From positions 60,306 through 124,305 of the forward strand of contig OY843750.1 in assembly GCA_963693115.1 (NCBI GenBank): DNA of 64,000 nt, read 5' to 3'. Position 1 is the first letter of the stretch, and each line of letters opens with the position of its first letter. This stretch comes from Spirochaetia bacterium. Lineage in GTDB: Bacteria > Spirochaetota > Spirochaetia > WTKD01 > G963693115. The position numbers were made by a program, and so were the translations under genes. The notes beneath the pieces were generated by a model. That model was not told the origin of the DNA and did no database searches. It saw nothing but the letters and a program-made list of their open reading frames with translations. Of the stretch, positions 42,788 through 52,306 are shown piece after piece.

Positions 42788-42997
42788 TTAATTTTCAGCA
42801 CTGTTGCTGTCCGTACTTGATACCTTTTTCTTTGCATTTGCGAGCTTTGCCCTACCAGATTTTGATATCAGTATCGTATCACCTGCATCATTGGTATGCT
42901 CATATAATAACTTAACGCCTGTTCTCCCTGTAATTGGGCACATTCCACGCGTGTATCCTTGTTTTTTGAGAGGTCGCCCTCTATGTGCTTTTGACAT
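42788..42997 (-). CDS. Small basic hypothetical protein (69 aa), possibly AbrB/SpoVT-like swapped-hairpin DNA-binding protein
   Basis: ITGRTGVKLLYEHTNDAGDTILI loosely resembles the AbrB/MazE looped-hinge pattern (xPxxxRxxLxLxxGDxVxI). Very weak. Confidence 0.3.
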   Translation of the reverse strand: MSKAHRGRPLKKQGYTRGMCPITGRTGVKLLYEHTNDAGDTILISKSGRAKLANAKKKVSSTDSNSAEN

Positions 42998-43039
42998 TTA
43001 CTATTCTCTCTTTTATTTATCCTATATGATTAGTATAAC

Positions 43040-45649
43040 CTACGGACCCTCTTCGGTTGACTCCTCTCCTGTAGAATCAGAGGAAATAGTACCGATAGGA
43101 GCAAACTCTACCCTTCTATTGCGCCAGATATTCTCTGCGCTAGGATTTTCAATTTCTGGCTCTAAGCCTCCTACCCACTGCGTAGCAATACGATTATCCT
43201 CTATGCCTAATATTATAAGGGCTCTACGAATCTGTTCTACTCTCAACTGCGAAAGTGGTAGCAGTACTTCACGTTGTTCAACAGCCGCACGCTCACCAGT
43301 AAGCAAACGCGCCGCATGTCCTGTTAATAAAATAGTATAGTCTGCAAAATTCTTTAGAAAACGCGAAATGCTCCTTATGTTAAGCAAATTTTCATACAAA
43401 AGATCGTCACTCTCCAATGAAAAGATATCATCGCTGTATCCCGGAAAGTATATCTTTGGAAACTCGCTCTCGGGTCTCAAGGCTATGCCTTCATCGTATC
43501 CGCCTGTATCAACAATAAACGATTTATTGAGTATCGTAATATTACCCGCGTTGTCTGTGCCACGGAGACTATAAAAATAATCCCCATCGGGTGCAACCGA
43601 TCCATCTATCTGCATTCCATCCCATACATAATCAACTAAGGCAGGCGTCTCATCAACACTGTGTACCACAGTATCAAAAATATTTCTCACTTCAGCATTC
43701 CAGATTACATCCGTATCGGTACTCGCCTGCAAAATTGTAACACGCTCTTCGGGATTGGCAATATTGACAATACCATTTACCAGTTCAAAGCGCTCAAGTT
43801 GTGGGGGTATTGAGTCAACCCCTACCATGGTCATGGACTGCACCGTACTCCCATTTTTATACAGGATCTCCACACTCAATTCGTATTCTCCATTTGGAAC
43901 AAATTCATCATTATTGTCACGTGCATCCCACGAAAAAGAGTCAATTGCATAGGGAAGAGACTCACTTTTTACCACACCGCCATCGGCATTTGTAACCGTA
44001 AAATAGAACTCATCCACATATTTTTCCGAAAAATCAAAATCAACAACTAAAGGATCACCTCTTCCCGATACTATTGCTCGACTAAGATTGATGTCTGCGT
44101 ATTTTTGCTCGGTATCAAGTATGAGTTTATACGGTCCTGCTTCACGAATATTGCCCGCTGCGTCTTCTCCACTAAAGCGAACTGAATATAATCCATCCTC
44201 CAGTGCTTTTCCCCTGTAGGTAAAACGATCATTTATTGTAAAGGCAAGAGGTCGTCGGGGGGCAATCTCTACTGGTATAGGTCCATTGTACACAGGAGTA
44301 TTATTATACAAAACCTGCATTTGCCAGTCTATGTCTTCATATATAGTTACTGTTCCTCTGACATCTCGTTTGCTCACGCCACCAAATACAAAACTCTCGG
44401 ATTCTGACGCATCAGGATAGGTCTTATATTGTACGAGTATCGCCGGAAATTCGGTATCCACCATAACGCGCAGGGGATTTGATTGAAAAATATTGTTTGT
44501 ATCGTTACGAAGTCGTAGGGCAACCTCGTACAGTCCGTCTTCTAAAAAGATAAGATCTTGCGTCAAGCCAGTAAAATCAAACTCATAACTCGTGCTTATT
44601 TCATCGCTCCGTTGATCTCGTATATTGTCTACCCGTAAAGGATCCATAGAAATATAGTCTGTAAATAGACCACGTGCTGATTCAGAGTCCTCGTCTGCTA
44701 CGCTACTCTCTGACTGTTTAGCCATCTTGCGTACGAGGTATTCAACTTGATCTAAGGTTATCCCATCAAATAACTCTGTAGCTGCAGTAAGCTGGAGGGA
44801 AAGAACATCCTTAACGTCATCGCTATTGGGTGAAAAGGATGCATTGCCTCCTACGACTGGCTTTAAAGTAAAATTACCAACCGAACTCACCACTATGTCC
44901 GCTGGCGAAACAAATTCGGCTTTGTTGCCCGCCTGATCTTGCGCACGCACTCGCACCTGATAAAACCCATCCGCTATAGGTTGTCCATTATCGCTAAGGC
45001 CATTCCACGTCCATCGTTCTGCGGGGAGCGTGGGAACTCCTGTCTCTTGCACAATGGTACGCACCACCTCTTGACTCGTACTATCAATAAAATCGGTTGC
45101 CCAATATACTTCTGCAGAACCACGTATGTTTAGTACGATCTCCTCGCCCGCAACAATAACGTTTCCACTATGGATAGAAAGCGAAGAAATGTTTGGTATT
45201 TCATTATCGATAATTACGGTCACAGGATCTGAAGTACTTTCGTTTCCTTTGTCATTTGTCACTCTAATTACATAGACGTAGATTCCATCAGATAAGGCGA
45301 CTCCAGCATCATCGTTTCCATCAAATACTATGGTTGATGGTCTTTGCTCCTGGGTATACTCCTCTAAAATATTCCGTACAACGCTCCCTTGTGAGTCAAA
45401 GAGCTGAAAATTCATGGTCACTATTTTTCTGTTATTTGGGACGTCAAGGGTATCACTGAGCGATATAGTTATGCTATCATTGACACCATCTGCATTAGCA
45501 GGAGATAGAAATTCGGCATTGGTAGGAATGCTAATTTGTGATTCCTCAATTTTTCCAAATGAAAACGCGCTGGTTGCACAAAAAACACCAAACACGATGC
45601 AATATGCGAAAAAAATTATGCGACGATAATTATAAATATTCTTACTCAT
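43040..45649 (-). CDS. Large OmpA-family outer-membrane/periplasmic protein with multiple Ig-like (FlgD-Ig/Big-like) tandem domains
   Basis: 869 aa. Signal peptide. Repeated beta-rich modules of about 100 aa containing DG.Y motifs. C-terminal OmpA/MotB peptidoglycan-binding domain with the hallmark NRRVEF motif. Confidence 0.8.
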   Translation of the reverse strand: MSKNIYNYRRIIFFAYCIVFGVFCATSAFSFGKIEESQISIPTNAEFLSPANADGVNDSITISLSDTLDVPNNRKIVTMNFQLFDSQGSVVRNILEEYTQEQRPSTIVFDGNDDAGVALSDGIYVYVIRVTNDKGNESTSDPVTVIIDNEIPNISSLSIHSGNVIVAGEEIVLNIRGSAEVYWATDFIDSTSQEVVRTIVQETGVPTLPAERWTWNGLSDNGQPIADGFYQVRVRAQDQAGNKAEFVSPADIVVSSVGNFTLKPVVGGNASFSPNSDDVKDVLSLQLTAATELFDGITLDQVEYLVRKMAKQSESSVADEDSESARGLFTDYISMDPLRVDNIRDQRSDEISTSYEFDFTGLTQDLIFLEDGLYEVALRLRNDTNNIFQSNPLRVMVDTEFPAILVQYKTYPDASESESFVFGGVSKRDVRGTVTIYEDIDWQMQVLYNNTPVYNGPIPVEIAPRRPLAFTINDRFTYRGKALEDGLYSVRFSGEDAAGNIREAGPYKLILDTEQKYADINLSRAIVSGRGDPLVVDFDFSEKYVDEFYFTVTNADGGVVKSESLPYAIDSFSWDARDNNDEFVPNGEYELSVEILYKNGSTVQSMTMVGVDSIPPQLERFELVNGIVNIANPEERVTILQASTDTDVIWNAEVRNIFDTVVHSVDETPALVDYVWDGMQIDGSVAPDGDYFYSLRGTDNAGNITILNKSFIVDTGGYDEGIALRPESEFPKIYFPGYSDDIFSLESDDLLYENLLNIRSISRFLKNFADYTILLTGHAARLLTGERAAVEQREVLLPLSQLRVEQIRRALIILGIEDNRIATQWVGGLEPEIENPSAENIWRNRRVEFAPIGTISSDSTGEESTEEGP

Positions 45650-45760
45650 ATTACTTTTAGTGTAGCATATTGTGGTATGTATTCAAAGCACCCGTGCAGT
45701 AAGAAGCACAAAAAAACAAGGCTACTCTTCTTTTTTCATAGCTTTTCTATTCTTTATTTT

Positions 45761-45823
45761 GGTCTTTATGTTGGTCTTTATGCTGGCTGTTTATACTGGC
45801 TGTTTATACTGGCTGTTTATATT
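45761..45823. repeat. 12-13-bp tandem repeat x5 (ggtctttatgtt / ggctgtttatact)
   Basis: Direct reading of two related unit types in tandem. Intergenic, upstream of the OmpA-family gene. Confidence 0.85.
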
Positions 45824-45837
45824 GGGATAACACGCTA

Positions 45838-46608
45838 CTAAATGGACTTTAAACTTTGCACAAGCGCAAGTATGCGTAGCTTTTTTGCTTCTATAGAAGA
45901 AGTCAGCTGTGTCTCTCCCAAGACAATTGCTCGTTGAATACGAGAGGGATCGTCGGTGCTGTTACCCACGTCGATATCTTTGGTAGCCTTAGTAAATAGT
46001 GGCTTGATGAGCAATATCTTCCACACAGCCGATTTTGCTTCCTTTAGGTCTCCTCCATTGTTATTTGTGCTCTCTGTATTCACCTCGTATTCTAAAACAA
46101 CAACGCTTTCTTGCTCATACTGATTAAAAGTATCTGGAATAGCTATACCAAAAAATTCGTATATGATATCTTTTATCGCTTTTGTATCTGGTTCTTCTTC
46201 TTGAAGCAGATCGTATACGATGCCGATATTTTCATTCTGAGAAACGAATAATTGTAAAAAAATATCTTCAGATGAAATCGTGCGTATATCGGGGGGAAGT
46301 GCAAAAAGTTCTTCGTTATTCGATATGAGAACTTCATCTTCTAGCTCAAACGTATGCCAATACCCTACCCCATCTATGCTAATGTTCTTTGTAGCAAAAA
46401 TGACAGGTTCTGCCGAAAAAGAAACACCTCTAGTAGCTTGGTTATTTGATGTCGATTTACAGGACACAAAAGACAAAGCATAAAGCACTGCTATACATAT
46501 GCTCATGATGATAGTAATGATCCCCGTATGCCCCCTTGTAATGGGTGCCAACTTTCTTGCAAAAAGAACGCTATTTGGTGTGACTGAATAGGTAGTTATA
46601 TTTTTCAT
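45838..46608 (-). CDS. Hypothetical lipoprotein
   Basis: Internal Met followed by a hydrophobic segment and lipobox (LSFVSC). No further homology recognisable. Confidence 0.5.
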   Translation of the reverse strand: MKNITTYSVTPNSVLFARKLAPITRGHTGIITIIMSICIAVLYALSFVSCKSTSNNQATRGVSFSAEPVIFATKNISIDGVGYWHTFELEDEVLISNNEELFALPPDIRTISSEDIFLQLFVSQNENIGIVYDLLQEEEPDTKAIKDIIYEFFGIAIPDTFNQYEQESVVVLEYEVNTESTNNNGGDLKEAKSAVWKILLIKPLFTKATKDIDVGNSTDDPSRIQRAIVLGETQLTSSIEAKKLRILALVQSLKSI

Positions 46609-46767
46609 GCTATGTTGTTATACTGCTTATATTGTTACACTGCTATATTGCTATACTGGTAGTTAGATGCTTGTAGTGTACTACCTAGTATACTACTTTT
46701 TTTTGGCTTGGTTTTTGTATTGCACAAAATATACAATAACCCAAGTCTACCACAACAGGAACCACGT

Positions 46768-47370
46768 ATGAAAACAAAAGAATACACCACCAAACAAGCA
46801 ACCCTTACTACCCCAACTATCAAACAAACAGCTATCGAACAATCAGCTATCGAACAAACAGTCACCGAACAAACAGTCATCAAAAAAAATAGCTACGTCA
46901 CCATACAGTACTCATTTAAGGATCAACAGGGCAATATCCTCGGCAATTCACAAGAAACAGGTGCATTCATCTTTAGATGTGGAAACGGAGATGCTCTTCC
47001 AGGACTCGAAAAGCGCCTTGTAGGTAAAGAAAAAGGACAGCGTTTGCAGTTTACCATCCCTCATCAAGAAGCCTACGGACCCCATGACCCATCACTCCTT
47101 CGTGTACTGCCCACCTCTGTGATCCCTAAGAATATACATATTGAACATGGAATATCTCTTTGGATAAATGATACGCAGGTAACCGTAACCGATATTTCTA
47201 AAAACCAATTTACCGTAGACAGCAACCACCCTCTTTCTGGCAAAGATCTAAGTTTTGAGGTAGAAATAGTTGATGTTAGTTCCTCCGCTCCTGTGTCAGA
47301 TAACCAAGTCTTACACGATAGCGCATGTGCATGCGGTAATACCTGCGGGTGTTCCAAAAAAACAACATAA
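46768..47370 (+). CDS. slyD: FKBP-type peptidyl-prolyl cis-trans isomerase (SlyD-like) with Cys/His-rich C-terminal tail
   Basis: FKBP core (VTIQYSFKD..G, FIFRCGNGDALPGLEKRLVGKEKGQRLQFTIPHQEAYGP). C-terminal HDSACACGNTCGCS metal-binding-like tail. The listed ORF starts at 46708; ATG 46768 (MKTKEY) is preferred. Confidence 0.7.
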   Translation: MKTKEYTTKQATLTTPTIKQTAIEQSAIEQTVTEQTVIKKNSYVTIQYSFKDQQGNILGNSQETGAFIFRCGNGDALPGLEKRLVGKEKGQRLQFTIPHQEAYGPHDPSLLRVLPTSVIPKNIHIEHGISLWINDTQVTVTDISKNQFTVDSNHPLSGKDLSFEVEIVDVSSSAPVSDNQVLHDSACACGNTCGCSKKTT

Positions 47371-47415
47371 GACTGCCGTGTACCCTATGGGTCTACCACC
47401 GAAATACCAAATCTT

Positions 47416-47490
47416 AAGTACCAAGTCTCAAGTACCAAGTCTCAAGTATTAGAGCACCAATAAAGCACCAGTAAAACACCAGTGAAAGAC
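47416..47490. repeat. 14-bp tandem repeat x2.5 (aagtaccaagtctc), then 11-bp caccagtaaaa-like repeats
   Basis: Direct reading downstream of the slyD-like gene. Confidence 0.75.
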
Positions 47491-47569
47491 TGCCCCGCTT
47501 TCTCATTCAACCTGTCCTTGTATAGGCTTACCATGATACGCATGGCTTTTCTCATGTAAACTGCTTTTC

Positions 47570-48286
47570 TCATGTCAATAGGCGCACGCACGGACTCTCT
47601 GTAATTTTAATAGGCACTTTATCTTGTTTATTATCTTTTTTGCCTAGTATGGCACACGTAAATACTCCCTTTGCATACACGCTTTGCGAACGCTTGTCTT
47701 GTATACTTTGGTAAAAAAGCATCTTGTACGCACCCCTGATTGTTAGTTCTGTATAAATACGTAGTTTCATACGCGGGTAGAGGGATTGCAAAAAATCTAC
47801 CTCAGCACGAATCACAACGGGATCAACACCAGCAGAGTGCATTTCTTGTAGCGATATCCCGCGCTCATATAAAAAAGAATTTCTTGCGTGCTCAAAATAA
47901 TTAAGGTAAACAGCGTTATTCACTCTGCCTTGCAAATCACACTCGTATTCGCGTATGACTAAGTCTATGTTCGATTGGAAAGAAAGGCTCTTTTGATGCT
48001 TTTTTAGTTCTCTTTCTGGTTCTCTTTTTGGCTCTCTTTCTGTGGAGGGAGAATTTAGAGGGAAAGAGGGTCCAAAAGGGGATTTTAGAGGAAAAGAATC
48101 TTGTTTCATGTATCCGGTATTCGGGTTTGAATTTTTTATACTTTTTACTATTGTATCACCAAGAAACCAAGAAATATTATCTGAAACACTAATAGTGAAA
48201 CACATTTTATATGCCGTATATCTTTGTATTACAAAAATGTGTTGTAAAAAATTTCGTATATGATCTCTCTTGCAAAAGGTCAACAA
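47570..48286 (-). CDS. Acyl-CoA thioesterase, 4HBT/YbgC-like hotdog fold, with low-complexity N-terminal extension
   Basis: C-terminal 130 aa match the hotdog thioesterase pattern (VIREYECDLQGRVNNAVYLNYFEHAR). The N-terminus contains REPKREPERE, encoded by a 12-bp DNA repeat (about 48000-48045). Confidence 0.6.
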   Translation of the reverse strand: MLTFCKRDHIRNFLQHIFVIQRYTAYKMCFTISVSDNISWFLGDTIVKSIKNSNPNTGYMKQDSFPLKSPFGPSFPLNSPSTEREPKREPERELKKHQKSLSFQSNIDLVIREYECDLQGRVNNAVYLNYFEHARNSFLYERGISLQEMHSAGVDPVVIRAEVDFLQSLYPRMKLRIYTELTIRGAYKMLFYQSIQDKRSQSVYAKGVFTCAILGKKDNKQDKVPIKITESPCVRLLT

Positions 48287-48375
48287 AATTTGACATTTAT
48301 CCCATGTGTTGGTTATAATGAAAATATACGAAATTTGATAAACTTACCAAGGAGTAATCAATTAAAGGAATAACT

Positions 48376-49839
48376 ATGAAACATTACACGAAACATTCTA
48401 TTTTTTTATATATACTTATATTAATACTATTAAATTCATGTTCGTTTTTTGGAGTTAGCAATCAAAAAGACATCACTGCCTGCGAGGAAGCGTATTCTAC
48501 ACCAGAAAAAGAAGGAGATGTTTATCTCATACGTAACTGGAGACAGCTCGTAGCAATAGGAAGCCTTGATAGACTAAGCTATCCTGATCCTTTACCACTT
48601 AATGGACAGTATAAGCTCTCTTCGGACATCAATTTTCCTGATTCTTCGTGCCCCACCATACTCTCTCAAATTGAAATAATAGGCAGTGAAACTCGCCCCT
48701 TTACTGGCGTCTTTGACGGTAACGGAAAGACATTATCTGGATTGTTAATACAAAAAAGTTCCAGTGACTCTATTGGTCTTTTTTCTGTATTGGGAGATGC
48801 TAGCAATCCAGCCGAAGTCAAAAACCTCACATTTAACAACCTACAAATAACTGCAAACTCGCTGGTAGGTGCAGTTGCAGGATCACTCGTCAATGGTTCA
48901 GTTACCGCGATATCCATAAGGGGCAAGAGTAGCATAATTTCTGTAGGAGAATATGCTGGTGCTGTTACCACCATAAGCAAGGGTTCATATGCAGGTGGAC
49001 TCGTTGGTAAATCTGCTAAAGATACTACCATATCAGGATCATCTAATGCATCGGTGATGGCTACTAACCTCTATGTTGGGGGTATCGTGGGATATACTCA
49101 GGGTACAGTATATGGGTTTACAACTGGTTCGATAGGACCGATCAACGGATCTACATCGGATACTACAAATTACGTGGGAGGACTTGTTGGACAATCAGAT
49201 CCGGGCGCGACGATTATCGGGTACAGTACCGGAACAATAACGGGAAATACTACCATTGGGGGACTTGTTGGCTTTATGTATGCAGCAAATACTAAAAGCA
49301 CAGTACAAGGCTATGTGACAGGTACAATCACTGGAGGAAGCACAGAAGTGGGTGGATTGGTCGGCGTAGCGAGTACAACGGAGGGTGCAACAACAACGAG
49401 CACGGTAACCGGTTATACAAGGGCAACAAAAATAAGTGGCACGTCGAACGTTGGGGGTCTGATTGGAATCATTCTATATAAAATAGCACTAACAGGCTAT
49501 TCAAGAAGTCCGGTACATAGAACTGACGGCACAAATACTAACTTTGGAAGAATTATTGGTTGGAAACGTAGCAAAAATACAGCAGTACCAGTAATAAAAG
49601 CTCAGTATTCAGAAGCAGAAAGCACTATTTTTGACGACAAGGAGAACAAAGCATTTGATGCTTATGACAGAAATACAGCGGGAATTACAAAACTGGAAAC
49701 AGATTTGATTGCCGAACTAAAAACAGATCTCTGGCAGAAAAAAGATACAAGCAAATGGCCTGCCTTGGTATTTTCTCCCGAACTAAGCGGCTTGGATGGA
49801 TCACAAACGACCGCCGATACTCAGCCAATAGCAGAGTAA
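48376..49839 (+). CDS. Lipoprotein with tandem GGLVG-containing (GLUG-motif-like) repeats, 487 aa
   Basis: Signal and lipobox (LLNSCSFFG). Conserved N-domain with FDGNGKTLSGL. Then at least 6 repeats of about 28 aa of the form xVGGLVGxxxxxxxIxGYxTGTITG. The C-terminal 80 aa are near-identical to the paralog at 50701. Confidence 0.75.
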   Translation: MKHYTKHSIFLYILILILLNSCSFFGVSNQKDITACEEAYSTPEKEGDVYLIRNWRQLVAIGSLDRLSYPDPLPLNGQYKLSSDINFPDSSCPTILSQIEIIGSETRPFTGVFDGNGKTLSGLLIQKSSSDSIGLFSVLGDASNPAEVKNLTFNNLQITANSLVGAVAGSLVNGSVTAISIRGKSSIISVGEYAGAVTTISKGSYAGGLVGKSAKDTTISGSSNASVMATNLYVGGIVGYTQGTVYGFTTGSIGPINGSTSDTTNYVGGLVGQSDPGATIIGYSTGTITGNTTIGGLVGFMYAANTKSTVQGYVTGTITGGSTEVGGLVGVASTTEGATTTSTVTGYTRATKISGTSNVGGLIGIILYKIALTGYSRSPVHRTDGTNTNFGRIIGWKRSKNTAVPVIKAQYSEAESTIFDDKENKAFDAYDRNTAGITKLETDLIAELKTDLWQKKDTSKWPALVFSPELSGLDGSQTTADTQPIAE

Positions 49840-50008
49840 TCTTGTAGTATCACACGGTAATCTGCAGTATTTTTTGATAAAAGCCATTGCAAGCACTCTG
49901 TAAGACCTCTAATAAGCGCCTTTTTTGGACGAAAGCAAAGTTATTGAAAATTATATTTTTCACACGTGACAAAACAGAAAGCTATAATATACATTAGAAG
50001 TATATACT

Positions 50009-50584
50009 ATGAAATGGTTATATGATAACTGGTATAAATCAACAGTATTTTTAGCGATTTATTTACTGATAGTTCTATGCATTTTTGTGATGAAAACTGA
50101 TTTTGCATTGTTTCTTATTTGGTTACAAATGGTAGTCTATCTTTTGCATCAATTTGAAGAGTATATACTACCGGGTGGATTTGTAGAATTTTTTAATAAA
50201 AAACCCTTAGGATCACAGAAAAGTGATTTTCCGTTAAATAAGGTGGCATCTTTTTGGATTAATATTCCTATAATTTTTATTGCTTATCCTCTTTCGGCAA
50301 TGTTAGCAGGCTATATTGATATCTCAATTGGTGTATGGACTGCTTATTTTTCAATAATTAATGCGCTTTCACACGTAGGAATGTATTTTAGATACAAATA
50401 CAACCCAGGACTATTTGTAAGTTTGTTTTTAAATATACCAGTGGGAACGTATACTATTTATTATTTTGCTTCTCAGAATCTAATTTCTATGAATGCACAA
50501 TTAATAGGACTACTAATAGGGCTTTTATGTCAAGGTGTAGTAATGATTTATGGTTTTAAGGTACTGAAACCAAAAGTCAAATAA
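50009..50584 (+). CDS. HXXEE-domain integral membrane protein
   Basis: 191 aa, about 5 TM helices. The LLHQFEEY motif matches the HXXEE family signature. This gene and its flanks are noticeably AT-richer than the surrounding genes. Confidence 0.6.
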   Translation: MKWLYDNWYKSTVFLAIYLLIVLCIFVMKTDFALFLIWLQMVVYLLHQFEEYILPGGFVEFFNKKPLGSQKSDFPLNKVASFWINIPIIFIAYPLSAMLAGYIDISIGVWTAYFSIINALSHVGMYFRYKYNPGLFVSLFLNIPVGTYTIYYFASQNLISMNAQLIGLLIGLLCQGVVMIYGFKVLKPKVK

Positions 50585-50700
50585 TTTGATTAAAGCCGTC
50601 GTCAGCACCGGGTATAAAAATAGCCTCGTTAATCTTTTATTTGTCTTTGATTGACTTTATCGTGTATTGTTACTATATTTTTTAGTAGCAGAAAATACTT

Positions 50701-52161
50701 ATGAATCGTCATACACAATCAATTATCATACTATACACAGTTATTCTTGTTTTTTTGAACGCATGCCCCGCTTCGCCCAGTACCAGTGGTAATAACAGGG
50801 GCAATGCTAACATTGATCCTTGTGTAGATGTGTATTCCACACCACAAAAAGATGGAAATATTCACCTCATAGGCAGTTGGAGGCAGATTGTGGCTATAGG
50901 TAGTACCGATACACAAAGCTACCCTGATGGATTGCCTCTTGATGGACACTATAAGTTGTCGGCAGATATTGCCTTTCCTGGTACGTCTTGTCCCAATATC
51001 TTATCTCAAGTTACGATAATAGGTGGCAAAGATCGTCCCTTTGTAGGTGTCTTTGATGGTAATGGAAAGACATTATCTGGATTGTCGATACAAAAAAATT
51101 CCAGTGACTTTGTTGGTCTTTTTTCTGTATTGGGAGATGCTACCAATACAGCCGAAGTAAAAAATCTCAAATTTAACAACCTACAAATAACCGCTAATGC
51201 AGTAGTGGGCGCTGTTACGGGGTGGCTCGTCAATGGCTCTATTACTTCGGTACTGGTTACGGGTACCAGTAGTATAGATTCACTAGGACAATATACCGAC
51301 GGTCTAAATAAGCTAGGCGGATACGTTGGCGGTTTAGCTGGTATTTCAGAAAAAGATACCACCATAATTGGTGCTTCTGACGCATCTATAACTGCGACAA
51401 AAAACCATGTGGGCGGTATCGTAGGATATACAGAAGGCACCGTGATTGGATTTATGACTGGCTCTATTGCTTCTTCGCAAAACAATACAGGAGGGCTTAT
51501 TGGGTGGGCAGGACCTCATGCCTCAGTTACTGGATATTCCTCTGGAACAATAGCAGGAAATAAATACACTGGGGGCTTGATTGGTCTCATGAACAACTCA
51601 AGCATTGCCAACAGTACCCTAAAAGGCTATATGGTAGGTTCGCTAATAGGAACCACCCTAGTTGGGGGATTGGTTGGAGAAGGTGCTACTACTCACACTA
51701 CAACAGCCAGCACAATAACTGGTTATACAAAAGCAAAAAAAATTAGTGGCAATACATATACCGGAGGCTTGGTTGGAGAGCTTAAAGGTCATGTAAAGCT
51801 TATAGGGTATTCGAGAAGTCCGGTGCATAGGCTTCCCGTCGATAGCAATGCACAGCCCTCTTTTGGAAGAATTATTGGAGGTGAACTAAAAACAGAAAGT
51901 ACCAAGACACCAACAATAAAAGCTCAGTATTCAGAAGATGAAAGTACTATTTTTGACGACAAAGAGAACAAATCATTTGATGCTTCTGATAAGAGTACAG
52001 CAGGGATTTCAAAATTGGATACTGAACTGATTGCCGAACTAAAAACAGATCTCTGGGAGAAGAGAGATACAAGCAAATGGCCTGCCTTGGTATTTTCGTC
52101 CGAACTAAGCGCTCTGGATGGATCACAAGCGACCGCTGATACTCAGCCAATAGCAGAGTAA
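50701..52161 (+). CDS. Lipoprotein with tandem GGLVG (GLUG-motif-like) repeats, paralog, 486 aa
   Basis: Signal and lipobox (FLNACPASP). Same architecture as 48376-49839 and about 70-75% identical by eye. Shares nucleotide-identical stretches (e.g. gtaatggaaagacattatctggattgt). Identical C-terminal tail ...TADTQPIAE. Confidence 0.75.
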   Translation: MNRHTQSIIILYTVILVFLNACPASPSTSGNNRGNANIDPCVDVYSTPQKDGNIHLIGSWRQIVAIGSTDTQSYPDGLPLDGHYKLSADIAFPGTSCPNILSQVTIIGGKDRPFVGVFDGNGKTLSGLSIQKNSSDFVGLFSVLGDATNTAEVKNLKFNNLQITANAVVGAVTGWLVNGSITSVLVTGTSSIDSLGQYTDGLNKLGGYVGGLAGISEKDTTIIGASDASITATKNHVGGIVGYTEGTVIGFMTGSIASSQNNTGGLIGWAGPHASVTGYSSGTIAGNKYTGGLIGLMNNSSIANSTLKGYMVGSLIGTTLVGGLVGEGATTHTTTASTITGYTKAKKISGNTYTGGLVGELKGHVKLIGYSRSPVHRLPVDSNAQPSFGRIIGGELKTESTKTPTIKAQYSEDESTIFDDKENKSFDASDKSTAGISKLDTELIAELKTDLWEKRDTSKWPALVFSSELSALDGSQATADTQPIAE

Positions 52162-52306
52162 TCTCTACATAAGGCTGCATTATTACTCCTCACCAAAACA
52201 GATCTCCTCGTTATGTTAAGCGATGCACAGCTACGATATATCGCAGATATTGAATCATAATACAACTTATTCTTGTCATGTTTATATCAATTACTTAGGA
52301 GGTAAT

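Noticed and set aside
42788-42997. Ribosomal protein L28/L33 identity for the 69-aa basic ORF
   Set aside because: Only a vague CPITG resemblance to L28. The rest does not align to L28, L31 or L33 consensus from memory.
48376-52161. Calling the GGLVG-repeat lipoproteins IgA proteases
   Set aside because: GLUG-like repeats occur in IgA1 proteases, but no protease catalytic motif (HExxH or a serine triad) is visible in these 487-aa proteins. The function is left open.
52223-52306. Upstream extension of ssb starting at 52223 (MHSYDISQ...)
   Set aside because: A strong RBS (aggaggtaat) precedes ATG 52307, and the SSB OB-fold begins there. The extension has no support.
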